A stretch of DNA of 64,000 nt from an uncultured Verrucomicrobiae bacterium (GTDB lineage Bacteria > Verrucomicrobiota > Verrucomicrobiia > Limisphaerales > Palsa-1400). The stretch lies in the NCBI GenBank assembly GCA_963707025.1, contig CAVPOM010000010.1, positions 186,809 to 250,808 of the forward strand, written 5' to 3'. The position numbers and the translations under genes are program-made. Position 1 is the first letter of the stretch; the number at the start of each line of letters is the position of its first letter. The notes under the pieces were generated by a model. That model searched no databases. It was not told the origin of the DNA and saw only the letters and a program-made list of their open reading frames with translations. Below are positions 1 through 10,930 of this stretch, piece by piece.

Positions 1-1616
<1,616 letters not shown>

Positions 1617-1623
1617 GGCGCAG

Positions 1624-2382
1624 TCAAAGCCCCACTTCCGCGGAGTTGTTCTTCAACCAGTCCTCCGCCGCGCGATAATCCGGGCAGACCCTTTCCACCT
1701 CCGCCCAAAAGCGCGCCGAGTGGTTCATATTCCGCAGATGCATCAACTCGTGCAGAATGAGGTAATCTCGCACCGGCTCGGGAACCTGGATCAATCGCCA
1801 ATTCAGTGAAATCGTTCCCCGGACGGAGCACGAACCCCAGCGGCTTTTTTGATTGCGCACCATCACCCGGCGCATGGGCGCGCCGTGTTGGCGGGCCAAC
1901 TCCTCCGCCCGGACCGTCAGTTCCCTGCGCGCCAGGGCGCGCAAATGCAGCTCCACCGCCGGGCGCAGATTCTCCTGCGGCGCGCCCGCCTGGACCCGTT
2001 GATTGTCAAACCAAATTTCCCGCAGGCCGCCCCGCTCGCGCGCCTCCAGCGCCACCCGCCTCCCGCGCAACAGCGTGGCCATGCCCGGCCGCAGGACCGG
2101 CGGCGGGACGCGCCGCGCCTCCAGAATCCGCCACTGTTTTTCCAGCCAGCCCCGGCGGCTGGCGGCAAACTGCCGGGCAAACTCCAGCGAACCCCGGCGC
2201 GGCACCGTCACCACCACCGTCTTGTCGGCCCGCAAACGCAGCAGATAATGCCGGGCCCGGGGATGCCGGCGATAGAGGACAGGCACCAGGCGCGCCTGGA
2301 TTTCAATCACCCCGGAATCCAGCGGCTTTTCGACGGCAGCAGCCGGGCGGAAGAACTTGCCAAGCTTTTCGACAAACCTCAT
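1624..2382 (-). CDS. M48/DUF45 (YgjP-like) zinc metallopeptidase-family protein
   Basis: RNQKSRWGSCS, LHELMH (HExxH), NHSARFW; ATG at 2382 overlaps the upstream stop (ATGA). Confidence 0.9.
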   Translation of the reverse strand: MRFVEKLGKFFRPAAAVEKPLDSGVIEIQARLVPVLYRRHPRARHYLLRLRADKTVVVTVPRRGSLEFARQFAASRRGWLEKQWRILEARRVPPPVLRPGMATLLRGRRVALEARERGGLREIWFDNQRVQAGAPQENLRPAVELHLRALARRELTVRAEELARQHGAPMRRVMVRNQKSRWGSCSVRGTISLNWRLIQVPEPVRDYLILHELMHLRNMNHSARFWAEVERVCPDYRAAEDWLKNNSAEVGL

Positions 2383-3461
2383 AAAACGGCGGGGGCGTGT
2401 CCACTCGCCGGCGCGCCATTCCCTGCGGTTCCCGGCGCCTCCAGTTCTTCCCGGACCCTGGCATAAACGCTCAGCGCCGTCATGCTGTGCAGGCAGGCCA
2501 GGGGCATGGCATAGTGGCAGTTGGGCTTCATGCACGGGACGCAGGGCAGGCTGTTGATTTGCATGACCTGGTTAAGTTTGCCATAAGGCCCCGTGTTCCG
2601 CGGGTTGGTGGGACCAAACAGGGCGAGCAGCGGCCTGGCCAGCGCCGCCGCGACATGCATCGGCCCGGTGTCGTTGCTGATGACCAGCCGCCCGCGCCGC
2701 ACCCATTCAATCATTTCCCACAACGAGGTTTGCCCCGCCAGATTCAAGCAACGTCCCGGATTGGCTTCGGCGATGGCCTGGCCCAAAGCCCGTTCGCCGC
2801 CGCTGCCCAAAATGACGAATTTCCAGGCGCCCATCCCGCGCATCAGCCTGGCCAGCTCCACGAAATTCTCCACCGGCCAGCGTTTGTTGTCCCAACGCGC
2901 CCCCGGCAGGAACACGATCCACGGGCCGGCCGCGGCGTGCCATTTCTCTTCGATGCGCGCGGCGATTTCCGGCCGTTGCGGCAGCCATTCAAAATTCCAA
3001 TGCACCGGCACCTTCAGCAAGGGCAGCACCGCCAGATAGCGGTCCACCGCATGGGTGCCGGCGGCGGGGCGCGGCGGGGTCAAATCATAAAACGCGCGCG
3101 CCCCTTCCCGGGAACCTTCGCCCGTGTTGTCCAGCCCGATGGTCAGCTCCGCATCGGCCAGCCAGGCAAAAATGCCGCTGCGGGCCAGCCCCTGCAAATC
3201 AATCGCCCAGTCAAAGTGCCTGGCCCGCATGTCTTGCACGCTGGCCAGCATCTCCGGCCAGCGGTGCGGCGCGGCCCAGCGCTTGCGGTCGAAGGCAATC
3301 ACCCCGGCCAGGTCCGGGTCCTCCTCCAACAAGGATTTTAGACTGCGGTCCAACCACCAATAAATCTGGCTTTGGGGAAGATGGGCTTTGAGCAGGCGCA
3401 GCACGGGCAAGGCGTGGATGACATCGCCCAGGGAACTCGGTTTGAGGATGAGAATTTTCAA
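2379..3461 (-). CDS. GT9 lipopolysaccharide heptosyltransferase (WaaC/WaaF family)
   Basis: KILILKPSSLGDVIH, KRWP, SNDTGPMHVAAA, LFGPT; TTG start. Confidence 0.93.
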   Translation of the reverse strand: MKILILKPSSLGDVIHALPVLRLLKAHLPQSQIYWWLDRSLKSLLEEDPDLAGVIAFDRKRWAAPHRWPEMLASVQDMRARHFDWAIDLQGLARSGIFAWLADAELTIGLDNTGEGSREGARAFYDLTPPRPAAGTHAVDRYLAVLPLLKVPVHWNFEWLPQRPEIAARIEEKWHAAAGPWIVFLPGARWDNKRWPVENFVELARLMRGMGAWKFVILGSGGERALGQAIAEANPGRCLNLAGQTSLWEMIEWVRRGRLVISNDTGPMHVAAALARPLLALFGPTNPRNTGPYGKLNQVMQINSLPCVPCMKPNCHYAMPLACLHSMTALSVYARVREELEAPGTAGNGAPASGHAPAVL

Positions 3462-3500
3462 GGCGGGGAAACCCTTCCAGCTTCGGCCCCGGCGCGGGAA

Positions 3501-4223
3501 CTACTTTCCCATGGCCAGCCGTTCCGCCAGGCGCGCCGGCAACCCCGCCTCCAGGATTTTCTTCTGCGCCGCGGCAATGTCGTATTCCAGCCGGCGCAAC
3601 TCGATGGAGCCTTCATCCATGTCGTAAATGACGTAAGCGGACTTCGGGTTGCTGTCGCGCGGCTGTCCGACCGCCCCGACGTTGACAAAGTATTTCCGGC
3701 CCGGTTCCACCCGGAATTTCGAGTAGGTCCCGCCCCGCACCACGCTGTCCCGGATGAAGGCGACGGGCACATGGGTGTGCCCGAAAAAGCAGACCGGGGT
3801 GTTCTGGTAGGTGAAGCTGGCCGCCGCGGCCAACTTGTCAAACACATATCCCCAGCGCTGCGGCGCGTCCAGGGTGGCGTGGACGATGGTGAAATTGGAG
3901 ACCAGCCTGAGAAACTTCAAATCCCGCAGCCACTTGCGGTCGTCCTCCGTCAACTTCCCCCGCGTCCAGTTCCCCGCCTCCGCCGCGTGCGGGCTGAACC
4001 CCTCCATGGGGGTGTCACTGGAGCAGAATTCGTCGTGGTTTCCCTTCACGCAGGGAATGTTCATGGCCCGCACCGTGTCCAGGCATTCCTTGGGATTGGC
4101 ATTGTAGCCGACCACGTCGCCCAGGCAGGCCACATGGGTGCATTTCTGCTTTTCGATGTCCTGCAAAACCACTTGGAAGGCCTCCAAATTGGCGTGGATA
4201 TCAGCTATGATCGCGTACTTCAT
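3501..4223 (-). CDS. Calcineurin-like metallophosphoesterase
   Basis: DIHAN, GDVVGY, GNHD, GHTH, NVGAVGQPRD. Confidence 0.93.
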   Translation of the reverse strand: MKYAIIADIHANLEAFQVVLQDIEKQKCTHVACLGDVVGYNANPKECLDTVRAMNIPCVKGNHDEFCSSDTPMEGFSPHAAEAGNWTRGKLTEDDRKWLRDLKFLRLVSNFTIVHATLDAPQRWGYVFDKLAAAASFTYQNTPVCFFGHTHVPVAFIRDSVVRGGTYSKFRVEPGRKYFVNVGAVGQPRDSNPKSAYVIYDMDEGSIELRRLEYDIAAAQKKILEAGLPARLAERLAMGK

Positions 4224-4241
4224 CGTATGCCTGTCCCTGCA

Positions 4242-4520
4242 TTATTGCGTAATCTCAAAACTTCGAAATTCATTCTTTGCCTCGGTCCAACCCAACTGCT
4301 CCTGCCGGATGAAACGGCCCACGTCCGACTGCCGCACGGCCTCCAGCAGGCCCTCCAACTCGGCCCGCGCCCCCTCGGCGATCAACTCCACCCGGCCGTC
4401 CTCCAAATTCCGCACCGTCCCTGTGACTTCAAACCCGTTGACCAGGATTCTGACCGAATAACGAAAACCCACGCCCTGCATCCGCCCGGAATAATAAATT
4501 GTCGCGCGCTCTCGTCTCAT
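4242..4520 (-). CDS. acyP: Acylphosphatase
   Basis: GRMQGVGFR and GTVRNLEDGRVE signature motifs. Confidence 0.9.
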   Translation of the reverse strand: MRRERATIYYSGRMQGVGFRYSVRILVNGFEVTGTVRNLEDGRVELIAEGARAELEGLLEAVRQSDVGRFIRQEQLGWTEAKNEFRSFEITQ

Positions 4521-4636
4521 CTCCCACATAGTACAACCCCAAGATAAAGCCACAAGACCGACACTTTGCGCAACTGAATTGTTGCGCCAATAAACAGGCC
4601 TTGCCCGCCAACCGGAAAGGGCCGTATCCTCTCCGC

Positions 4637-5782
4637 ATGAGGCTCATCAACCCGTTGCTGGTTGTTCTCTTTGGCTTGGCGGCCGCCGCGCAAAACGATG
4701 TGCCGGCCATGAAACCCATCCCGGGCCGCAACACGGCGGCGCATCTGGCGGCCAGGGGATTCATGCGCGGCGCCAATATCGCCAATTACCTGGAAGTGCC
4801 GCCCGGCCAGGGCTGGGCCGTGGCCCACACCGTCGCCGATCTGAAGTTCATCCGCGCCGAAGGTTTTGACCACATCCGGCTGCCGGTCGGCTGGCATCAC
4901 TACACCGGACCGGCGCCCGGCTTCACCTTGTCGGACGAAATCTTTGCCAAGGCGGACCAAATGGTGACCAACGCGACCGCGCTGGGATTGAACGTGATGA
5001 TTAACCTGCATCATTTCAACGAGTTCACCACCGATCCAGCCGCGCAGACGGCCTGGTTCCAGGCCATCTGGCGCCAAGTGGCCGCGCACTATGCCGGCGC
5101 CCCGGCCGGCGTCGCCTTCGAACTGCTCAACGAGCCGAAGGACGCGGCCACCACCGTCCGGTTGAATCCGATTTTCGCCGAAACCATCCGCCAGATTCGC
5201 CAGAGCAATCCGCATCGCGCCATTTTTGTCGGCCCCGGCCGGTGGAACTCCCCGGACGAGTTGGTCAACCTCCGGCTGCCGGAGGACGATGACAACATCA
5301 TCGTTACGCTGCATTGTTACGATCCCATGTACTTCACCCATCAAGGCGCGGACTGGGCCGGGCCGGATCATCAGGTCACTGGCGTCCTTTTCCCGGGGCC
5401 GCCCAAAGCGCCCCTGCAACCCGATCCCGGCCTGGGCTTGAAGCCCTGGGTGCTGGACTGGTTTCGCCAGTACAACACGCTGCCTGCCGACCGCAATCCC
5501 TCCAGCCCCCTGGCCTTTGTCCCCAAGATTCAGCAGGCCAAAGCATGGTCGGAGAAATATGGGCGGCCGGTGCAGTTCGGCGAATTTGGGGCCTACACCA
5601 AGGCGGACCCGGAATCGCGGGCTCATTTTTACGGGGCGTTCCGGCAGGCGCTGGAGGAGGCGGGCATCGGCTGGACGATTTGGGATTGGAAATCCGGTTT
5701 TAATTATTGGGACCCAAAAACGCAACAAGCGCTGCCCGGCATGCCGGAGGCCCTCTTCCCCGCCAAGACCCGGAAACCATAG
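4637..5782 (+). CDS. Secreted GH5 glycoside hydrolase (endoglucanase-like)
   Basis: Signal peptide, GFDHIRLPVGW, FELLNEP (acid/base), HCYDP, FGEFG (nucleophile). Confidence 0.92.
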   Translation: MRLINPLLVVLFGLAAAAQNDVPAMKPIPGRNTAAHLAARGFMRGANIANYLEVPPGQGWAVAHTVADLKFIRAEGFDHIRLPVGWHHYTGPAPGFTLSDEIFAKADQMVTNATALGLNVMINLHHFNEFTTDPAAQTAWFQAIWRQVAAHYAGAPAGVAFELLNEPKDAATTVRLNPIFAETIRQIRQSNPHRAIFVGPGRWNSPDELVNLRLPEDDDNIIVTLHCYDPMYFTHQGADWAGPDHQVTGVLFPGPPKAPLQPDPGLGLKPWVLDWFRQYNTLPADRNPSSPLAFVPKIQQAKAWSEKYGRPVQFGEFGAYTKADPESRAHFYGAFRQALEEAGIGWTIWDWKSGFNYWDPKTQQALPGMPEALFPAKTRKP

Positions 5783-5783
5783 A

Positions 5784-7448
5784 TCAAGCGTGGCGGTTCC
5801 ACGCCAGCGCGATGGGGCAGAAACCGATCCTCGCCAGCGGTGTCAATAATACAATGCCGAGCGACAGAGTCAGAAACCCGGCCTGGTCATGAAACAGAAT
5901 TGCCGCGGGGATGAACAGGGTGGCGGCCAGCAAAACCCAGACGGCCAGATAGGCCCGGAGGGCGGACGGAGCGAGCAGGCCGCGTTTGAGGGAAACGCGA
6001 AAGGCCAGAAAGGCCAGCAAGAATTTCACGACCACCAGACAAACCAGCAAACCGGGAACCAGCCGCCAGAAGGAATTCCAAGTCGCATCGTCCTGGGACA
6101 GCATGGCCAGCGTCATTCCACCCAGGTAAGCCGCCAACATCAGCCAGACCGGCATCTTGGCCAGCCACCGTTTGCCTGACCAAGTGAAACTCAGGCTGAC
6201 CGCGATCAGACGCCAGCTCAAGATCATCAATCCCAGGAGGATAATCGCCCTGTGTTGCGCCAAGGCCGACGAAAACTGGTCCACCTCTTGAAAAACGCCC
6301 AACCACGGCATGGCACACATCGCCGCCAAAACCGCCAACCACGAAATCAACGCGCCGATCCCCTCGGCTTTCAGCGTGGCCATCATCATCGCGCCATTGC
6401 TCAACGGGCGATTCATCACGAACGGCAGGTCGGTTTGCGGCGGCGCCACCGCAAAGCAAAAATAGAGCGCTGGCGGCATGAAAAGCAAATACACCACGAA
6501 GCCTAACACGGTGTCATCCTGCATCGGCCCCAGCCTTGCCACGAAGCGCGCCAGCAGATGGATGGCCACCGGCACCAACGCCAGCCCGGCCGCGTAAAAG
6601 CTCAAGCGGCGCGCAAACCGCCGCCATTCAAACCACAACTGCGCCTGCGCCGGCGAAGCAAAGCGCTTTGGCCCCCGCATCTCCGCGCGCCCGGACCACC
6701 AGGCCAACGGCCATTGCCAGGCCCATCCCTGCCATTGCCCGTGCCGCATCTTTTGCAGACCGGCCGCGGCCAGCGCCATGCCCAGCACAAAAAGCGGCGG
6801 CAAGACAAATGGCGACTCAAAAATTTCGCGCTGCGCCGGCGAACCCAGAAAACAAAAGAGCAGCGCCATCAACACCACCATCCGGGTCCTGGGCCAGGCG
6901 GCCAGCGCCCAGACAATCCCTTGCGCCAGCGCCAGCAGCGTCATCCAGCCAAAGCAGTTTTGGTAGACGCCGAAGATGTCCACATGCGGTTGCGGGACCC
7001 AATATACCCAACATCCGTAAAGCACAATGATGGCAGACATCCCGCCCAGAAAAAGCCACCAGAACAGAAACGGAGTCGAAACCGGCAGCGTGAACAGGCG
7101 CGCCGGAAAGGTCATCGGGTCCTTGGTTTTGGGATCGAATTCCGTAAAGGTGAACATCCACGTCACAAACAGAAGACTCAGCACCATCGCCACCGCCGGC
7201 CCGCACGCGAGAAACAGGAGATACAGCACCTGCACAACCCGCTGGAGCGACGGCCCGGTGTTGTTCATTAGCCCAGCCCGTTTGACCATTTCCTCCAAGG
7301 CATCCGGACTGCCCGGGTTGAACCCCGCCAGCGCGCAGAGCGCCGGATACATCACGGCGAAGAACAAAATGAAGCCGACGATGGCGATTAAGCGCAGGCG
7401 GTGTCTGCGCCAAAGTTCCCAGGCTAATGCCGTAGCGGGTCTGTTCAT
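5784..7448 (-). CDS. Polytopic membrane protein, probable ABC-2 type permease
   Basis: Two halves each starting with a W(F)E(L)WRR-like motif, many TM segments; directly follows the ABC ATPase. Confidence 0.75.
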   Translation of the reverse strand: MNRPATALAWELWRRHRLRLIAIVGFILFFAVMYPALCALAGFNPGSPDALEEMVKRAGLMNNTGPSLQRVVQVLYLLFLACGPAVAMVLSLLFVTWMFTFTEFDPKTKDPMTFPARLFTLPVSTPFLFWWLFLGGMSAIIVLYGCWVYWVPQPHVDIFGVYQNCFGWMTLLALAQGIVWALAAWPRTRMVVLMALLFCFLGSPAQREIFESPFVLPPLFVLGMALAAAGLQKMRHGQWQGWAWQWPLAWWSGRAEMRGPKRFASPAQAQLWFEWRRFARRLSFYAAGLALVPVAIHLLARFVARLGPMQDDTVLGFVVYLLFMPPALYFCFAVAPPQTDLPFVMNRPLSNGAMMMATLKAEGIGALISWLAVLAAMCAMPWLGVFQEVDQFSSALAQHRAIILLGLMILSWRLIAVSLSFTWSGKRWLAKMPVWLMLAAYLGGMTLAMLSQDDATWNSFWRLVPGLLVCLVVVKFLLAFLAFRVSLKRGLLAPSALRAYLAVWVLLAATLFIPAAILFHDQAGFLTLSLGIVLLTPLARIGFCPIALAWNRHA

Positions 7449-7458
7449 AAGAATCCTC

Positions 7459-8361
7459 CTATCCTGATTTAGTTCCGGCCCAGGCCACAAAAATTTCATC
7501 CAGCGACGGCGAGTCCTCCGCCACCACCCGTCCGCCCGTGCGCGCCGCTGCGGCCACCGCCTCCTCCCGTTTGCCGTTGCAAATCGCCGTCCATTCCCGC
7601 CCGCCGCCAGTGATGCTCAAGACCCCCGGCACCTTGGGAGGGGACGGCTGGGGCGAATCAAACCGCAGCACCAGCCGGTGATGGTTCTCCTTCACCTCAT
7701 CCAGCGCGCCGGCCAAAACCACCCGCCCGTTGAACATCATGGCCAGGTCGTCCGCCACCCGTTCCACTTCCTCCAGCAAGTGCGACGAGAAAAAAACGGT
7801 GCGGCCTTCGTCGGCGACCGTGCGAATAATGGCTTCCAGAATGTCCCGCCGCACTACCGGGTCCAGCCCCGAGCTGGGCTCATCCAGCAGGAGCAGTTCC
7901 GGCCGGTAGGCCAGCGCGATCAGCAATCCAGCCTTGGCATTTTCGCCGCGCGAGAGCGTCCTGATTTTCGCGCGCGGGGCCAGGCCGAATTGCCGCCGCA
8001 ACTCCTCGGCGTAGGCCATGTCCCACTTCGGATAAAACGCCGCCGTGTAGCGCAGCAACTCGTCCACCCGCATCCACGCCGGCAGGTCCCGGTTCTCCGA
8101 CAAATATCCAATCCGGCCCAGCACCGCCACCGCATCGGCCACCGGATCCAAACCAAAGACCCGCACCTCTCCGCCCTGGGCCTTCAGCCGGCCGAGGACA
8201 TGTTTGATCAGGCTGGTTTTGCCCGCGCCGTTCGCGCCGACCAGGCCAAAGACGCGCCCGCGCCCGACTTGCAGCGATACTTGGTTGAGCGCGAGGGTGG
8301 CGCCGAATCGCCGGTTCAAGCCGGTGATTTCCACGGCGGGGAGTGCATCGGTTGTGTTCAT
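7459..8361 (-). CDS. ABC transporter ATP-binding protein (YtrB-like)
   Basis: GANGAGKT, LSRGE, LLLLDEP, SSHLL. Confidence 0.95.
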   Translation of the reverse strand: MNTTDALPAVEITGLNRRFGATLALNQVSLQVGRGRVFGLVGANGAGKTSLIKHVLGRLKAQGGEVRVFGLDPVADAVAVLGRIGYLSENRDLPAWMRVDELLRYTAAFYPKWDMAYAEELRRQFGLAPRAKIRTLSRGENAKAGLLIALAYRPELLLLDEPSSGLDPVVRRDILEAIIRTVADEGRTVFFSSHLLEEVERVADDLAMMFNGRVVLAGALDEVKENHHRLVLRFDSPQPSPPKVPGVLSITGGGREWTAICNGKREEAVAAAARTGGRVVAEDSPSLDEIFVAWAGTKSG

Positions 8362-8750
8362 TTGTTCTCCTTGGGTTGAAGAGACTGGCTGCGCTCTTTG
8401 ATCAGGCGGAACAATTCCTGCGGTTCCACCTCCAGATGCCGGGCCTCCGCCAGCAGGGCGTCCACCCGCTCGGAGACAATCCTGAGCCGTTCCTTGCGGG
8501 CCAGCGGCGAGGCGGCGTCGGAGATGTAGGTGCCGGAACCGTGGCGCTTCTGCACCACCCCTTCCCGCTCCAGCTCCAGATAGGCCCGCGCCACCGTGTT
8601 GGGGTTGACCAAAAGCTGGTGGGCCAGCACGCGAATCGGAGGAATTTCGTCCCCCGCCGCCAGCCGCCCGGAAGCGACCAGGTATTTCACCTGATTGGCG
8701 ATCTGCCAATAGATCGGAACTCCGTCCCCCGTTGAAACATGCAGTTGCAT
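8358..8750 (-). CDS. GntR family (YtrA subfamily) regulator
   Basis: PIYWQI, LLVNPNTVARAYLELEREG wHTH; short C-terminus; heads the ABC operon. Confidence 0.93.
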   Translation of the reverse strand: MQLHVSTGDGVPIYWQIANQVKYLVASGRLAAGDEIPPIRVLAHQLLVNPNTVARAYLELEREGVVQKRHGSGTYISDAASPLARKERLRIVSERVDALLAEARHLEVEPQELFRLIKERSQSLQPKENK

Positions 8751-8751
8751 T

Positions 8752-8790
8752 GTGTACTCATACACTAATACACTTTCCCGTCCCCGTCAA
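8752..8790 (-). promoter_or_regulatory. Sigma70-type promoter overlapped by a YtrA-type operator
   Basis: Minus strand TTGACG-17bp-TAGTGT; inverted repeat GTGTA-N12-TACAC at 8752-8773 covers the -10. Confidence 0.75.
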
Positions 8791-8827
8791 TCGAATTTTT
8801 CACTTTTTTTGTAATGCCCCCTGACGC

Positions 8828-8935
8828 AGCGCGCCCGTCCCCTGGCGCGGCAACGTCCGGACTTCCGCCGCGCCCGGCAAAGCCCGGCACCGCCGAGTCC
8901 CTGCCGGATGCTGCGCCCGAGGGCGGACGCACTCC
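8828..8935. repeat. REP-like long imperfect palindrome
   Basis: GCGCGCCCGTCCCCTGGCGCGGCAACGTCCGG pairs with CCGGATGCTGCGCCCGAGGGCGGACGCAC. Confidence 0.6.
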
Positions 8936-8954
8936 TCCATTGACGCATCACCGC

Positions 8955-10718
8955 TCATGGCTGCGCCGGCAGGAGGCGGAGGCTGCGCAAATTCATGGGA
9001 TGCCAGCCCTGGGCCACGGGCTGGACGACGAGGTTAAACATGCCGGGGTTGGGGATTTCCAGGGTGCTAGCCAGGTTCGTGCTGGTGAAGACCGTGTAGC
9101 TCCCCGTCGCCGGGGCCGCGCCTTGAAGTTGTTGCGCGCCGACCAGGACTTGAAATTTGCCCGAGGCTTCCGCGGCGATTTCGGCGACGAGGCGGAACTT
9201 GCCGGGACGATCCACTCGGAAGGTCCAGCTCGCCGTGTCCGCCGGGTTGGTCCAATAGCCGATGTTGTCCTTGCCCCCGCCGAGCTCGTATTGCAAGCCG
9301 CCGCGCAGTTCCGCCTCGCTGGCCATCAGGCGCACCGTGCCGTCGGCTTGCTGCTCGATCGGCCGGACGGCCACTTCCGGCGCGCCTTTGATTTTCAATG
9401 CCACCGTGGAGGAAATCGGGTCCGGGGCGGCGTCCGGCACCCGCACTTCCACGCCCTCCGGCGTGCTGCTGAAGGGCAAGGCGGTTCCGCCCGCGAGCAA
9501 TTGCGCCGAGATCACCGAGTTTTTCAATCCGGGCACAATCAGTTTGCCATCCTGCGGCCAGTTGAAGACATGGAGGTAAAGGGTCGTCTCGTTGCCGGAA
9601 ATTATTTTTGTGCAACGGCCCCACGGCAGCCGTTTGAAGGGACTGGCGGTGGTGGCGTAAATGGCGTCGCCGTTGACCTTCATCCAGGCGCCGACGGCCT
9701 TGAGGCGCTCAATGCTCGGCTGGGGAAACAGGCCTTCGCGGGTCGGCCCGACGTTGAGCAGATAATTGCCGCCCTTGCTGGCGATGTCCACCAGGTTGCG
9801 GATGAGGGTTTCGCTGGATTTCCAATTGGTGTCGTCGCTTTTGAAGCCCCAGGTGTCGTTCATGGTCATGCAAGTTTCCCAATCCCGTCCGCCAAAGCCC
9901 GTGGCGGGAATGGATTGTTCGGGCGTTTCGGTGTCCCCCTTGTAGTCGCCGCCGAGGCGGTTGTTGTGGATGATGCCCGGCTTGAGCTTGAGCAATTCGA
10001 TGAGCTTGCCGGCGCGCGCCTGCGTCATGTCGCAGGGGGTGTCCCACCACAGCACGGCGGGGAATTCGCCGTAGTTGGAGAGCAACTCGCGCACCTGCGG
10101 CACGGCCACTTTGTCAATGTAATCGTCCATGTCATGCGCCTGGGCCGGGTCCCATTTGCCGCTGCAGGCGGCGCCCCCGTTGTTCCAATCCTGCGCCTGG
10201 GAATAATAAAAGCCGAGTTTGAGGCCGTATTTGCGGCAGGCGGCGGCGAGCGGCTTTAAAACATCCTGGCCATAAGGGGTCGCCTGCACGATGTTCCAAT
10301 GACTGGCCTTGGTGTCGAAATTGGCGAAGCCGTCGTGATGTTTGGCGGTGATGACGATGTATTTCATGCCGGCTTCCCGGGCGAGTTGCACCCACTGGTC
10401 GGGATCGTATTTGACGGGATTGTATTCCTTGGCGAAGGCCTGATAGGCGGCCATCGGAATCTTGCCATTGCACATGATCCACTCGCCAAGGTCCGGCACC
10501 CGCCCGCCGTGGTAGGTGCCGGCGGGAACGGAATAGACGCCCCAGTGAATGAACATGCCGAAGCGCGCCTCGCGCCACCAATTCAGGCGCGCGTCGTGTT
10601 GGGCGGGGGTTTCGTTGGCGTAAGGATCGGGCGTATCGGCGGCCAACAGCACGGCAGGAAGCAACCCGGCCAGCAGCAGACCGGCCAGCGCGGACGCGGC
10701 TTTGATTTTCTTGATCAT
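8955..10718 (-). CDS. GH29 alpha-L-fucosidase with C-terminal beta-sandwich/CBM-like domain
   Basis: WWREARFGMFIHWG, TAKHHDGF, LWWD, WETCMT, GGNYLLNVGP; signal peptide. Confidence 0.95.
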   Translation of the reverse strand: MIKKIKAASALAGLLLAGLLPAVLLAADTPDPYANETPAQHDARLNWWREARFGMFIHWGVYSVPAGTYHGGRVPDLGEWIMCNGKIPMAAYQAFAKEYNPVKYDPDQWVQLAREAGMKYIVITAKHHDGFANFDTKASHWNIVQATPYGQDVLKPLAAACRKYGLKLGFYYSQAQDWNNGGAACSGKWDPAQAHDMDDYIDKVAVPQVRELLSNYGEFPAVLWWDTPCDMTQARAGKLIELLKLKPGIIHNNRLGGDYKGDTETPEQSIPATGFGGRDWETCMTMNDTWGFKSDDTNWKSSETLIRNLVDIASKGGNYLLNVGPTREGLFPQPSIERLKAVGAWMKVNGDAIYATTASPFKRLPWGRCTKIISGNETTLYLHVFNWPQDGKLIVPGLKNSVISAQLLAGGTALPFSSTPEGVEVRVPDAAPDPISSTVALKIKGAPEVAVRPIEQQADGTVRLMASEAELRGGLQYELGGGKDNIGYWTNPADTASWTFRVDRPGKFRLVAEIAAEASGKFQVLVGAQQLQGAAPATGSYTVFTSTNLASTLEIPNPGMFNLVVQPVAQGWHPMNLRSLRLLPAQP

Positions 10719-10750
10719 AAAATGGTGTTATATACAGGCCCCCCTGGGCG

Positions 10751-10820
10751 GGAAGTGAAATTAGGTGAAACCAGGTGAAACCAGGTGAAATTAAGTGAAA
10801 TTAGGTGAAATTAAGTGAAA
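10751..10820. repeat. 10-bp tandem repeat, 7 units (NNARGTGAAA)
   Basis: ggaagtgaaa ttaggtgaaa ccaggtgaaa ccaggtgaaa ttaagtgaaa ttaggtgaaa ttaagtgaaa. Confidence 0.95.
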
Positions 10821-10853
10821 ACCTGGCGGTGGTTTTGAACCGCGAACGCCGAG

Positions 10854-10894
10854 TGGAGTGGCGGAGTAATGGAGTGATGGAGTGATGGGGTGGA
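10854..10894. repeat. 8-bp tandem repeat (TGGAGTGA-like)
   Basis: About 5 degenerate units; a related array in the opposite orientation lies at about 55982-56015. Confidence 0.8.
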
Positions 10895-10930
10895 TGCTCA
10901 TGCTCAAGGTGGTCAAGCTTCACAATTATG

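Noticed and set aside
10751..10894. CRISPR array
   Set aside because: Units are 8-10 bp, contiguous, without spacers; no cas genes.
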